Below are positions 13,483 through 25,813 of a stretch of 64,000 nt of DNA, one piece after another. A program made the translations under genes and the position numbers. Position 1 is the stretch's first letter. Each line of letters begins with the position of its first letter. The notes below the pieces were generated by a model, which did no database searches, was not told the origin of the DNA, and saw nothing but the letters and a program-made list of their open reading frames with translations. The stretch is from Octopus sinensis (lineage: Eukaryota): positions 106,082,001 to 106,146,000 of the forward strand of contig NC_042998.1 of the NCBI RefSeq assembly GCF_006345805.1, given 5' to 3'.

Positions 13483-13487
13483 TATAT

Positions 13488-13531
<44 letters not shown>

Positions 13532-13533
13532 TA

Positions 13534-13620
13534 TAGGGAGAGTTTACAAAAAAAACAAACGAAGACAGGTGGTGTACAAAACAAACAGATGTATAAGTAT
13601 AATGCTCAGGAATAGAACTT
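13534..13620 (-). mobile_element. Fragment of the short hammerhead-bearing (Penelope-related) repeat
   Basis: Matches 52160-52245 (gggagagttta...gaagacaggtggtgtacaaaacaaa...ctcaggaataga); truncated before the ribozyme. Confidence 0.7.
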
Positions 13621-13628
13621 ATATATAT

Positions 13629-14062
13629 ATCATCATCATCATCATCATCATCATTTAGCGTCCGTTTTCCATGCTAGCATGGGTTGGACGGTTTAACTGG
13701 GGTCTGTGAAGCTGGAAGGCTTCATCAGGCCCAGTCAGATTTGGCAGTGTTTCTACGGTTGGATGCCCTTCCTAACGCCAACCACTCCGTGAGTGTAGTG
13801 GGTGCTTTTTACGTGCCACCTGCACAGGTGCCAGACAGAGCTGGCAAATGGCCATGAACAGATGGTGCTTTTACATGCTACCGGCACGGGGGCCAGGCGA
13901 GGCTGGCAACGGACACGAATGGGTGGTGCTTTTACGTGCTACCGGCACGGGGGCCAGGCGAGGCTGGCAACGGACACGAACGGATGGTGCTTTTACATGC
14001 TACCGGCACGGGGGCCAGGCGAGGCTGGCAACGGACACGAACGGATGGTGCTTTTACGTGCT
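13629..14062 (-). mobile_element. RTE 3' UTR fragment with ~60-bp internal tandem units
   Basis: (CAT)n tail, conserved RTE terminus, and 3-4 copies of gctggcaacggacacgaa...ggggccaggcgag. Confidence 0.9.
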
Positions 14063-14200
14063 ATATATATACACATGTAAATTTAAATTTAAAATAATAA
14101 GGGTGAAAAATTGAATATTAATTTGGGTAATATCACTTTAAAACCAGTGGTGTAGCATATTGAAAAATCTGAAGTTTCAGAAAAAATTATATCACATACA

Positions 14201-14344
14201 TATAAGAGGGATGACCTGTAAGTGGTCATCCATTATGCTAGAAGAAGATCCGGTATGGTCTTACCATTCCTTTGTTAGTTGTAAGACCATGGCAGATCTT
14301 CTTCTAGCATAATGGATGAGCACTTACAGTTCATCCCTCTTATA
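14201..14344. repeat. 144-bp near-perfect hairpin (MITE-like)
   Basis: Arms 14201-14264 and 14281-14344 are reverse complements with about 5 mismatches; 16-nt loop; TATA at both ends. Confidence 0.85.
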
Positions 14345-14379
14345 TAATAGTTTCAATTTAATAGTTTCAGTATTAAAGT

Positions 14380-14670
14380 GAAACTATTAAAGTGAAAGCA
14401 TCTGACATTACAACAGAGAGATGTTATTGTTTCACTTTTGACACGTAATACTGAGATAGTGGAGAAGATATGATTTTGCTGTGGGCTCGCACTCTGCGAG
14501 AAGTTGAAATTTTCTTAGCCCATAACACTACTTGGACCCTAAGTAAGGCATGTGTAAAATTTAAATGAAATTGGTCGTGTAGTTCTCAAGTTTTAGGGAT
14601 TCACACAGAGACAGACACACACAGACAGATAGACATGCATTCTTATCTTTAAATATATATATATATATAT
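14380..14670 (-). mobile_element. Possible non-autonomous Helitron-like 5' portion
   Basis: The minus strand begins in (TA)n with aaagataagaatgcatgtctatctgtctg, resembling non-autonomous Helitron starts. No CTAG end found. Confidence 0.35.
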
Positions 14671-14907
14671 ATAATATATATATATATATATACACACACA
14701 CGTGTGTGTGCATGTGCACATGCACAATCACGTATATACACAACTAGTTGATATATATGAGAATACGCAAAACAAAATTACACGAGTCAAAAACGAATTT
14801 CACCCTAAGTAAAATATCCTTGTATGTGTTTACATGAATATTTAGTTTTTTCAATATTTTGCTTCTCTTACATCAACAGCACAAAAAATAAATAGTCAAT
14901 AATTCAG

Positions 14908-14982
14908 AACGTTTCTAATGAGAGATACCTCTATGATGTGGTGATTAGTTCTATTGACTTTATGATGAAGTGGTATGCAATG
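14908..14982 (+). CDS. Candidate 75-bp coding exon of an unidentified gene
   Basis: cag|...ATG|gtgaga; open phase-0 frame NVSNERYLYDVVISSIDFMMKWYAM. No homology recognised. Confidence 0.2.
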
Positions 14983-15311
14983 GTGAGAAATATAAATCTT
15001 GTGTATTGTTTATGCGTGCATATCTATATGTATACACATATAGATATGTAAACATTTACACATGAGTATATATAAATATGTATGTGTGTGTGATGGGGTA
15101 TATATATATAATATATAACATAAATTAGAAATAAAACCACTATTATGCAACTCAAACAGTGATAGACATAAACCAAAACATAAATAAATATTATATATTT
15201 TTATAAAACATAACTAGATCTCAAATAGTATAAAAATGAATGATAAATATATAATAAGTAATATACATATATATATGTATGTATATATATGTGTGTGTGT
15301 GGGTATATATA

Positions 15312-15342
<31 letters not shown>

Positions 15343-16197
15343 ATATATTATATATAATATATATATGTATGTATGTATATATTATGTATGTATATAATAT
15401 ATCTATATATATATATATATGAAATATATATATATAATGAATATATATATATATATATATATATATGAATATATATATATATATGTATACACATATACAC
15501 ACATATGTATACCCACACACACATACTATATATAATTATAATATATATATATATATAATATATATATTATATATAAAATATATACATATAAATATGTATA
15601 TTTAAAATATATATATATACATATGCTCACACACATACATATACAAGCACACAATGTATGTGTGTGTGTGTGCATGCGTGTGTGTGTGTACATGTACATA
15701 CCTTAATTTATGTATTAATATATGTATTGAAGTAGCTTTCTATAAAGTTCTCTTCTCCAAGCTTATAGTTTGTGCTCAATGCAGCAATTTAATGAATCAG
15801 TTGTTAATTATATAGCACCTCAGCTGCTGATAACATTAAACAGTATCTTTGTATGGAATCTATTGACAGTTAGATAGAAGAGGGTCATAGAACATTGAGT
15901 GAAGTGCTTTTGCTTATGACATAATACAGTGCAGTGTCAGAGATAGGTATAAACTGTATAATCTTTTCCCAACAGGATGAAAACCCATCCACTACCAACT
16001 GTGACTGATACACACACACACACACACACATGCACAAACTCAGACAAGTACACCTATGAGGAGGCATACATACATACGTATGTACATATATAGTTCACAG
16101 AAATACAAAGGAATGTACTAAAAACAAAGACAGATGATAAAACAACAAACGATGTATTTGACACTCAAGAAAAAGTAGACTTTGATGTTTTAAGCCA

Positions 16198-16365
16198 ATA
16201 GGTACAAGGCCTGAAATCTGGGGACAGGGTGCCAGTCGGTTAGATCGGCCCCAGTGCACAACCAATACCTGGTACTTAATTTATTGACCCCAAAAGGATG
16301 AAAAGCAAAGTCGACCTCGACGGAATTTGAACTCTGAACGTAAAAACAGACAAAATACCACGAAG
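16198..16365 (-). mobile_element. SINE family C, headless fragment
   Basis: gacccc(a)aaaggatgaaaagcaaagtcgacctc...gaatttgaactc motif shared with the copies at 57.4-59.0 kb. Confidence 0.8.
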
Positions 16366-16435
16366 CATGTATGTATGTGCATGTATATTTGTATATATAT
16401 ATATCTTTGTGTGTGTGTATATATATATATATATA

Positions 16436-16744
16436 TGTGGAGGCACAATGGTCTAGTGGTTAGGGCAGCGGATTTGCGGTCGCAGGATCGCGGTTTCGAT
16501 TCCCAGACCGGGCGTTGTGAGTGTTTATTGAGCAAAAACACCTAAAGGCTCCATGACTCTCCGGCAGGGGGTGGTGATCCCTGCTGTACTGTTTCACCAC
16601 TCTGTCTCCCACTCCTTCTTCTGTTGGCCTCCTCGCTTAGCCAGCAGGGTGGCGTCATTCGAAGGCTAAAACAATGCAAACGCATTGTGACCAGCGATGT
16701 CTAACAACATCTGATGGTCTGGTCGGTCACGTGATCACGTGATA
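16436..16744 (+). mobile_element. tRNA-derived SINE family B, full length
   Basis: A box TGGTCTAGTGG, B box GGTTTCGATTCCC, (GTGATCAC)n tail; second copy at 53247-53504. Confidence 0.88.
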
Positions 16745-16849
16745 TATATATATATATCAAAATAAGCAACAGGATATCATGAGGTGATGCAGTACAACCA
16801 TTTCAAGCAGCTCCATTTAATTGAACAATGCACTCATTACATCAATTTA

Positions 16850-17295
16850 AATGCAGGCCTATCCTCAGCTGCATAAATATATAGAATTACTAAGTATCCA
16901 GAACAACTGAGGAAAAGAGTTTTGTTCCATCAGGACAATACTCTAGTTCACAAGTCCTTGCTTTCAATGGCTGTTGTGTGTGACTGGCTTTCAACTGGTT
17001 GATCACCCTCCATATTCTCCTGGTCTGGCCCAATCTCACCACCACATGTTTCACAGCATGAAAAAACAGTTGGCTAGGAATTAGTATCACAGTGATGATG
17101 ACATCATATCTGCTGTTGATGACTTTTTTGACCACCAGGATGAAAGCTTCTTCACCAATGGGATTGAAACAATACAACAATGATGGAAGAAATATGTGAA
17201 CATGAAGAGGACCTGTGTTGAAGAATAAACCTCATTTGGTCACTTTCCATGAGGGTGTCTTGGTCAGCCTATGAACTTTACACCTGACCCTCATA
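16850..17295 (+). mobile_element. mariner transposon 3' fragment
   Basis: VLFHQDN...DHPPYSPGLAQSHHHMFHSMKKQL...GIETIQQ*WKKYV; putative 3' TIR ggtcagcctatgaactttacacctgaccctc. Confidence 0.85.
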
Positions 17296-17454
17296 CATGC
17301 ATACACATAAAGAGACACAGAGGCATAAAAATACAAATATATATATATATAAAAGTATGCGTGTATATTACATGTGTGTGAAGGTGAAGGTATGTGGTTT
17401 AGTAGGAAGGGTGTTGCACTGATGAATGTGAGGTCATGAGTTTGATTCCTATAT

Positions 17455-17555
<101 letters not shown>

Positions 17556-17588
17556 TATATATATATATATATGTATACATATACAATA

Positions 17589-17830
17589 CATCATCATCAT
17601 CATCATCATCGTTTAACGTCCGCTTTCTATGTGGTTGGATGATTTGACTGAGGTCTGGTGAACAAGATGGCTGCACCAGACTCCAATCTAATCTGGCAGA
17701 GTTTCTACAGCTGGATGCCCTTCCTATTGCCAACCACTCCAAGAGTGTAGTGGGTGCTTTTACAGAGGCCAGTCAGGCAGTACTGGCAACGGCTACACTC
17801 AAACAGTGCTTTTTATGTGCCACCTGCAGA
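17589..17830 (-). mobile_element. RTE 3' terminus
   Basis: (CAT)n tail plus the conserved terminus. Confidence 0.85.
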
Positions 17831-18639
17831 TTCTTTTTACTTTACATGTATATGTACAGTTTCACATAGTTCTCTTGTAAACGCATACACACACACACAT
17901 ATACTCACACATTTTCAGTGTTAAGCATTACCTTCCCATTTTCAATGTACACACACACACACATACACACATAAATGCGTGCACAAACATACTTCTCTTT
18001 TATACAGACATATACTCATACTTCAAATGCCATGTATCAGCTTTTTCACTCTTTCCTTCATTATTCATCTACCTCCCCTTCCTTTCTCATTCCTACAATG
18101 CTGTTTGCCACTTTCTCATTGTCACTACTTTCTGTCACTCTCTCTCAGTCATGGCTATTACTCTCACTACTTCTCCTTCACTGTATTAGTATTTCATCTC
18201 CTCTCCCTTCTCCTCTCATTCAATATATATATATATTTGGATTATTTTTCCATTTAAGAGTGGTTGGGTTCATTTTTAGGATTCTCATTTGTGAGAGTAG
18301 TCCAGTTTATTTTAGATATTCTCATTTTAAAAATCATCTCCGGCTAATTGTTGAAAGGACATTGGTGTTGCCTTGACGGAGGCTGGCACTCTCTGAGTGC
18401 TCTTGTTTATACATGTTATAATTTAGAACAAACAGTAAAAGATTGTCATTATAGTACACAGAATTTGTATGTGTGTGGTTCTAGGTGTGTTATGGGAGGG
18501 TGTATATATCATCATCATCATCATCATCGTTTAATGTCCATTTTCCATGCTATGTATATATGTTTGTATGTATACATATATATATGTGTGTGTATGCGGG
18601 AGTGCAAAGGCATGTCAGTATATGTATATATATATATTT

Positions 18640-19051
18640 CTTTTTCTTTTCTTTTACTTGTTTCAGTCATTTGACTGCGGCCATGCTGAAGCACCACCTT
18701 TAGTCGAGCAAATCGACCCCAGAACTTATTTTTTGTAAGCCCAGTACTTATTCTATCGGTCTCTTTTGCCGAACTGCTGAGTGACGGGGATGTAGACACA
18801 CCAGCATCAGTTGTCAAGCAATGCTAGGGGGACAAACACAGATACACAAACACACACACACATACATATATATATATACATATATACGACAGGCTTCTTT
18901 CAGTTTCCGTCTACCAAATCCACTCACAAGGCATTGGTCGGCCCAGGGCTATAGCAGAAGACACGTGCCCAAGATGCCACGCAGTGGGACTGAACCCCCG
19001 GAACCATGTGGTTGGTTAGCAAGCTACTTACCACACAGCCACTCCTGCACC
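18640..19051 (-). mobile_element. tRNA-derived SINE family A, full length (CORE-like; resembles described octopus SINEs)
   Basis: Head GGAGTGGCTGTGTGG...GGTTCAGTCCC, CORE-like GGCATCTTGGGCACGTGTCTT, internal microsatellite, tail ...CAGCATGGCCGCAGTCAAATGACTGAAAC. Confidence 0.9.
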
Positions 19052-19064
19052 TATATATATATAT

Positions 19065-19113
<49 letters not shown>

Positions 19114-19596
19114 ATACATATGTGTGTGTGTGTGTATGTATATATACACACTCACATTTGAAACTCCAAATACTATAATGACAACTTTTTACTGTTTATT
19201 CTAAATTATAACATATATATTATACTTATATATATACACATATATATACACATATATATATACACATATATATACACATATATATACACATATATATACG
19301 TACGAACGCACATACACACACACACATACACATACACACATGCTCTCTCTCTCACTTCCTCCTCATCCACCTCACCCTCTTATACTGTCTTGTTCCTCCC
19401 CACTACTACGAAACTCTATAAAATGATTAAATTCCCCACAAAGGAATTAATTTGATTTGAAAACCCCACTAGAATGGGAGAAAGCGCTAATAACCTGAAT
19501 GATATGATCTGAATATGATATATATATGTAAAAAATGTAATATATAAATAAATATCTATAAATATGAACCATCCGATCTTCTGATTACCTCATTTC

Positions 19597-19637
<41 letters not shown>

Positions 19638-19638
<1 letters not shown>

Positions 19639-20590
19639 CATCTAATGTAGGATAAAATTTTTTTGAAAAATAAATTTTATCAATGGCCAGCATATTAAAA
19701 AATACCTTTAAGGTTAAATTTATAAACAACTTATAAATAAGGGCAAATGAAAAAAAATTTCTAATGCCAAATATTCCAAAATTAGACACATAGTCTATAA
19801 CCATATAATTTATCACAATATACATGCTACTTGAAAAAGGTCGACAGAAATTTCTTAAAAATTCCATTATTACCATATCAGACCGATTTCAGGGTTAGTT
19901 CATAAGAACCCTCCCTTCGTCAGTGATAAATGTGGCAAAGAAATAGATGAAATACTTACTCATACCCATGGAGGAAGCAAACACTAAGTCATGAGTATAA
20001 CTAAGTACCCCAAATATATCCAAAATAGAAATTCTCCAGCCCATTCGAGACACGTGCGATTCGAACTGAAACTCTCACAGAGTGAGAGAATCTGGAAGTG
20101 AACACTATTAAATTTACATCTAATGTAGGATAAAATTTTTTCGAAAAATAAATTTTATCAATGGCCAACATATTAAAAAATACCATTAAAGGTTAAATTT
20201 ATAAACAACTTATATATAAAGGCAAACGAAAAAAATTTTCTAATGGCAAATATGCTGAAATTAGACACATAGTCAATAACCATATAATTTATAACAATAC
20301 GCACGCTACTCGAAAAAGGTCGACAGAAATTTCTAAAAAATTCCATTACTACCATATCAGACCGATTTCAGGGTTAGTTCATAAGAACCCTCCCTTCGTC
20401 AGTGATAAATGTGGCAAAGAAATAAATGAAATACTTACTCATACACATGGAAGAAGCAAATACTAAGTCATGAGCACAACTAAGTGCATATTGTGATAAA
20501 TTATATGGTTATAGACTATGTGTCTAATTTCGGCATATTTGGCATTAGAAAATTTTTTTCGTTTGCCCTTATTTATAAGTTGTTTATATA
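19638..20590. repeat. Local direct duplication (478-bp period) plus inverted ~100-bp copy
   Basis: 19638-20025 matches 20116-20487; 20490-20590 is the reverse complement of 19720-19822. Confidence 0.85.
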
Positions 20591-21016
20591 TATATATATA
20601 TATATAAGGTGTTGCATCAGCATGGCCACAGCTCTGAGCTGAAACTAGAGAATAAAAATACACATGTGTGTGTATAGATATGTGTGTATGTATGAGTACA
20701 TACGTACATATATGTTTGTATGTGTGTGCATGTATATATACATGTTTGTGTGAGTGTGTACATATGTAGATGTTGTGAAAGCAGGAGGTTTATGTTATGT
20801 ATTGGGAGAATATATTTGCATATATTTTTTATCTTTTTTCTTTTTCCACCTATTAGAGTTACTTCCCTTTTATTTAATGGATTTTCATAGCGTCTGTTGT
20901 CATTAATAGCCGAGGAGAATTTACTGTAGCTTTTCACTACGACATTTGAAACTCCAAATACTATAATGAAAACTTGTTACTGTTTATTCTAAATTATAAC
21001 ATGTTATTCATACATG

Positions 21017-21050
<34 letters not shown>

Positions 21051-21365
21051 CATGCATACACACACACACACACACACACCCACACATCTATATTATTATA
21101 TAATATATATAATGTATATATATATATTATATATATATTATATATATATACATATATATATACCTATACATATACATAAATATATTTTATTGCAGCTTTT
21201 CTGCAATAAATTTTACTCAACAAAAACAATAACATGCAACAAAAACATCTTTAAATGATTATTCCGGAGCATATTCACTATCTACTTCAATTTCTGCTTG
21301 CCATTTTGTTTAAAATGTTTGTTGAATAAGATTAATTGAAAAAGTTGCAATAATTATGCACGAAC

Positions 21366-21414
<49 letters not shown>

Positions 21415-21479
21415 ACGTAATAATATGTAATATGTGCACTTCTAGATAGATTATATATATATATATATATTATATATAT

Positions 21480-21550
<71 letters not shown>

Positions 21551-22014
21551 CGTTTCACTGTATTCAGTCACTGGATACCAATATTTATTTTTGTTTTTGT
21601 TAATCAATAATTATTGAATTGCTAAGTTATCTTTTTCATAAAGCACAAGTTTTTACAATGGCCAAAATACAGTCAGATGCACCCATTCACATAGACACAA
21701 ACACATACATACACACCACACACACACACACACACCACACCACACACACACACACACAAAATTTTGATTCAGACCTTACAAGTAGCAACCTGTTTCACAG
21801 TGTAAAGTCAGTCATCTTGTCGTATATGTATGGCTGTTTAATGAAATATAACAAAATTTACAGTAAGTGGTCAATTATGAATGGAAACATCAAAGCAATT
21901 CTGGACAGAAAAAAATTTAAGTGAAAGAAAGAAATGTAGGCCATATAAAGTAGGACAAATGAAAGAAAGAAATGTAAGCCAAGAAATGTAGCACCTAAAA
22001 GTATTGGTTTCACA

Positions 22015-22200
22015 TTTTGGTGCAAGGCCAGCTATTTTGATTACATCGACTCCAGTGCCCAACTGGTACTTATTTTATCAACCCTAAAAGGATGAAAGGC
22101 AAAGTACATGTTGGCAGACTTTGCACTCAGAATATAAAAACAGATGAAATGCTGCTAGGCATTTTGTCCAGCACGCTAACAACTCTGCCCACTTGCCACT
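22015..22200 (-). mobile_element. SINE family C
   Basis: caaggccagc...attacatcgac...ggtactt...aaaggatgaaaggcaaag...gctaacaactctgcc. Confidence 0.8.
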
Positions 22201-22220
22201 TTAGTGTTTAATTATCAGGT

Positions 22221-22464
22221 TACTCTCTTTACTCTTTTACTTGTTTCAGTCATTTGACTGTGGCCATGCTGGAGCACCGCCTTTAGTCGAGCAAATCGAC
22301 TCCATGACTTATTCCTTGTAAGCCTAGTATTTCTTCTATCGGCCTCTTTTGCTGAACCACTAAGTTACAGGGACGTAAACACACCAGCATTGGTTGTCAA
22401 GTGATGTTGGGGGGGGGGACAAACACAGACACAGAAACATGTACACACACACATGCATAAATAC

Positions 22465-22500
<36 letters not shown>

Positions 22501-22672
22501 ACATATATACGACGGGCTTCTTTCAGTTTCCGTCTCCCAAATCCACTCACAAGTCTTTGGTCAGCCTCAGGCCATAGTAGACGATACTTGCCCAAGGTGC
22601 TACGCAGTGGGACTGAACCCGGAACCATGAGGCTGGTAAGTAAGCTACATACCACACAGCCACTCCTTCGCC
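22221..22672 (-). mobile_element. SINE family A, full length
   Basis: Colinear with 55951-56361; (TACTCTTT)n tail. Confidence 0.92.
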
Positions 22673-23275
22673 TAGGTTGAGTAAAAACTAAGCAACATTT
22701 TGAACCATGAAGAATTTGTACCAGATTTTTGCAGAGTTTTGAATATTTTTTAAACGTCTTTTGCAATTGTCTGATAATAAAGATGTAGACTTGTCCAAAT
22801 GCAACAATGAATTAACATTGATATTTTTTGCTACAATCATCTGAAATTTAACTGTCAAAGTGCAATATTCAAGCAATTTTGCTATTCAACTTCAAAAAGG
22901 ATGTAAAGCAGCTGAAACCACTCATGATATCAACAAAATGTTTGGTGAAAAATTGACCAGTGAGTGGTAAGCTAGAAAATGGTTTAAACAATTTTGCAGT
23001 GGAGACCTGTACCTTGAAGATTGTGAGCATAGAGGACACCTGTCTGTCATCGATGTCAGTCAATTAAAGACCATCATTGAGAAAGATCCACATAAAACCA
23101 CTCAAGAACTGGCAAAAGAATTTCAAGTTAACCAAAACAGCCTGCAACCATTTGCATGTGATCAGAAAATCAAAAAGGTTCAACAAATGGGCACCACACA
23201 ATTTGAATGAAAATCAGAAATTGCACAGATATGAAATTTGCTTGTTGCTTCTTCTCCATAACCAGATCGATGCAC
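22673..23275 (+). mobile_element. mariner 5' fragment (Hsmar1-like N-terminus), disrupted
   Basis: TIR-like taggttgagtaaaaactaagcaacatttt; ILLFNFKKGCKAAETTHDINKMFG...KDPHKTTQELAK...NKWAPHNLNENQK. Confidence 0.85.
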
Positions 23276-23487
23276 TGTGCATTGCATCAACAGGTACACT
23301 ACCTAGGACTTACCCTGAAACAAGGTTTGGATACTGCATTTAATGTCTCCTTTCTAAACCTTGATTCTTTAATTCTAAATTCAATTTATATATGTATATA
23401 TATATATATATATATATACATACACACAAATATGTATGTGCATATGTATATATATCGACAGATAGATTTACATACATATAAATATGA

Positions 23488-23544
<57 letters not shown>

Positions 23545-23549
23545 TGTGA

Positions 23550-24330
23550 GTGTGTGTGTACAAGATTTATGGATAGGGGTAGGAAAAATCCAGGCTACAT
23601 ACGTTTCGTAGCAAGTGGAACCTGAGAGGTGGTAAAATCCAAGTGAAGTGTATACCACCAGCTACTCTTCAGGCCAATGATATCTTGATTAGTTTAAAGG
23701 TTACATTATCTATCGCAAGGAGGTACATGTTGATGCAAAGAAGATTCAATCAGAATGTGTGGAGGGTACAATATGAGAGGAGTATTTAAATGTAGGGAGA
23801 AATAAGAATTGGAAGAAGAAAAAAAAATATATATATATATAAGGGAGTGAGAGGAAGGAAGAATTGGGCAAGTCAGTTGACTGGTAGTAGATAATATAGC
23901 AGTTTTAGTTGAATCACAGAATTCAGTAGTGGGATTGGTACTTGAAGAAAAGATAAATTGGAGTGGAGAGGGTGAGGAAATATTTTGGGTCATTGGGGAG
24001 AAAGAAAGTGTGTATGAATAAAGCAAAGTAGGTTAAGGAATTTAAGCCTGGCTAGATGGTTGTTGGTAGTCAAATGACTTTTATGGCTGAAAGACAGAAA
24101 CTATCAAAGGAGTGGTTAAACAAAAAAAAAACCCTGTAAAATTTTTAAGCTTATGGATGGAGGGAGTAGGAGGGGGAAGGAGTTGAAATAAAGGGAAAGA
24201 CAAATATTTTAGATAGTAAGTAAAAATATGGAGAGAATTTTGTAATGATGATCAAGGAATTAAAAAGGGATAAAAATATTATTGATTTAATACAAGGCGG
24301 TAGCGAGGGTGGATGAGTGGGAAAGATATA
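23550..24330 (-). mobile_element. Penelope-like pseudo-LTR / non-autonomous derivative
   Basis: The minus strand is pyrimidine-rich and non-coding and ends in a canonical hammerhead motif. Confidence 0.45.
23593..23675 (-). ncRNA. Type I hammerhead ribozyme motif (canonical core, extended stem II)
   Basis: ggc-CTGAAGA-GTAGC...GCTAC-GAAA-CGTATGT-A-gcc: stem I ggc/gcc, inner helix ggtggta/taccacc, GUA cleavage triplet. Confidence 0.7.
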
Positions 24331-24414
24331 TATATATATATATATGACTGCGTGTGTACCATTGGCGATTTTTTTTCCTCCATCTTCCCTTCTCTGGATC
24401 TTTCCTTTTCTTAT

Positions 24415-24449
24415 GTTTCTGACGAAGAGCTCCGCTCGAAACGTTAAAC
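24415..24449 (+). ncRNA. Minimal hammerhead motif within a ~210-bp repeat (24345-24555)
   Basis: gttt-CTGACGA-A-GAGC-tcc-GCTC-GAAA-CGTT-aaac; palindromic ACGT stem III. Confidence 0.65.
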
Positions 24450-25052
24450 CCTCCTTCTTCCCTTTCTTCCTGAGCATCCAATAATATTATATTTGTTCCA
24501 CGTCCTCGCATTGTTGTGTTTTCTTTTTGTGTTTTTATGTTTGGATTAACTTTATATATATATATATATATATATATCTTATTATAAAAGGCAGATTTTA
24601 TCTGCCTCCCTTTGGGAGTTATACAAATCTACAATATAGGATTTCTTCAATTACAATTTACCTAGCAATTTTAAGAGTACAATGCATCGCGTCATGCCAG
24701 CTCCAGTTTTTAAAATTTAAACTCCAATTAAGCAAAATTTACAGAAAACTCACATTCTGGTGTGTGTGTCAAATGCTTTTCTTAGTCTGGGTACAGCACA
24801 CGCAAACGCACACACACACTGTGTAACGAAAAAATGAAACTAGATGTAATATTTGTTTCTGTCTATCACGCTGATAGATACATGAGTAAAATGTATGGGA
24901 AGCTAACAAATAAGAGTGAGTGAAAATGTTCTTGGAAGAGAGTAAATTTGAAGCTTGAGAACAATCAGATACATTTGCAACACATCTGTTGAAAATATTA
25001 TTGTTCACACACATACATATACATATATACATACAGACAGACAGACAGATAG

Positions 25053-25083
<31 letters not shown>

Positions 25084-25204
25084 ATCCAGCATGGCCACAA
25101 CCTCAAGGCTGAAACATATAAAAGAATACAGATATAAATGTGTGCATGTGTGTGATGAGAGAGTGTGTGTGTATATGTATGTATGTATGTATGTATATAT
25201 ATAT

Positions 25205-25800
25205 AATAATGCGGTTTTTTCAACAGCTTGAACTAAAAGTCAGAGGGGAATGGGAATTAACTACTATATTAACTTGCTATAAAAGCAGGTAGTAATTTTA
25301 TCTTGTCCTTATTCATAGTGCAAGTTTTGAAGAGTGCATTTCGATTTTAACAGCTATTTTTTTCAAAGCTATGTTGGAAGTAACAAAGGAGCATATTTGG
25401 CATATTTTGCTTTATGAGTTCAATAAAGACAACAACGCAATGGAAAGTACAAGAAATATTAATGCAGTATATGGGGATTGGACAAAAGCGGTAAGGCAGT
25501 GTCAATGGTGGTTCCAGAAATTCCGAGCCATAAACTACAGCCTAGAAGACGAGCCTCATCCTGAGAGATCTGTAGAACTCGACAAGGACATCCTGAAAAC
25601 CCTGGTGGAACAAAATCTCATCGTAACTGTTGAGGAACTAGCAGAGAAGCTTGGATTTGGTCATTCAACCATTCATGAGAGACTGTGTGCTATCGGAAAA
25701 GTCAGCAAATTGGGTCAATGGGTCCTCACGAACTTTCCGAGTCTAATTGCATGCAGAGAGTGAATGTATGCTTTTCTTTGCTGTCACATCTCACCACTAC
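25205..25800 (+). mobile_element. mariner 5' fragment (HTH domain)
   Basis: ORF 25371-25763 MLEVTKEHIWHILLYEFNK...WFQKFR...EELAEKLGFGHSTIHERL...GQWV; partial TIR ataatgcggttttt. Confidence 0.88.
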
Positions 25801-25813
25801 TGCGCTATGTATA

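Noticed and set aside
14352-14392. Small hairpin tagtttca-N9-tgaaacta resembling the UTR hairpin of the ORF1-only elements
   Set aside because: The flanks show no similarity, so it is likely coincidence.
16436-16510. tRNA gene (also the heads of SINEs A and C)
   Set aside because: A/B boxes are present, but the sequence continues into a SINE body and tail, so these are SINE heads.
24577-24790. Helitron-like 5' start (A|TCTTATTATAAAAGGCAG)
   Set aside because: No hairpin-CTAG 3' end nearby; too weak to call.
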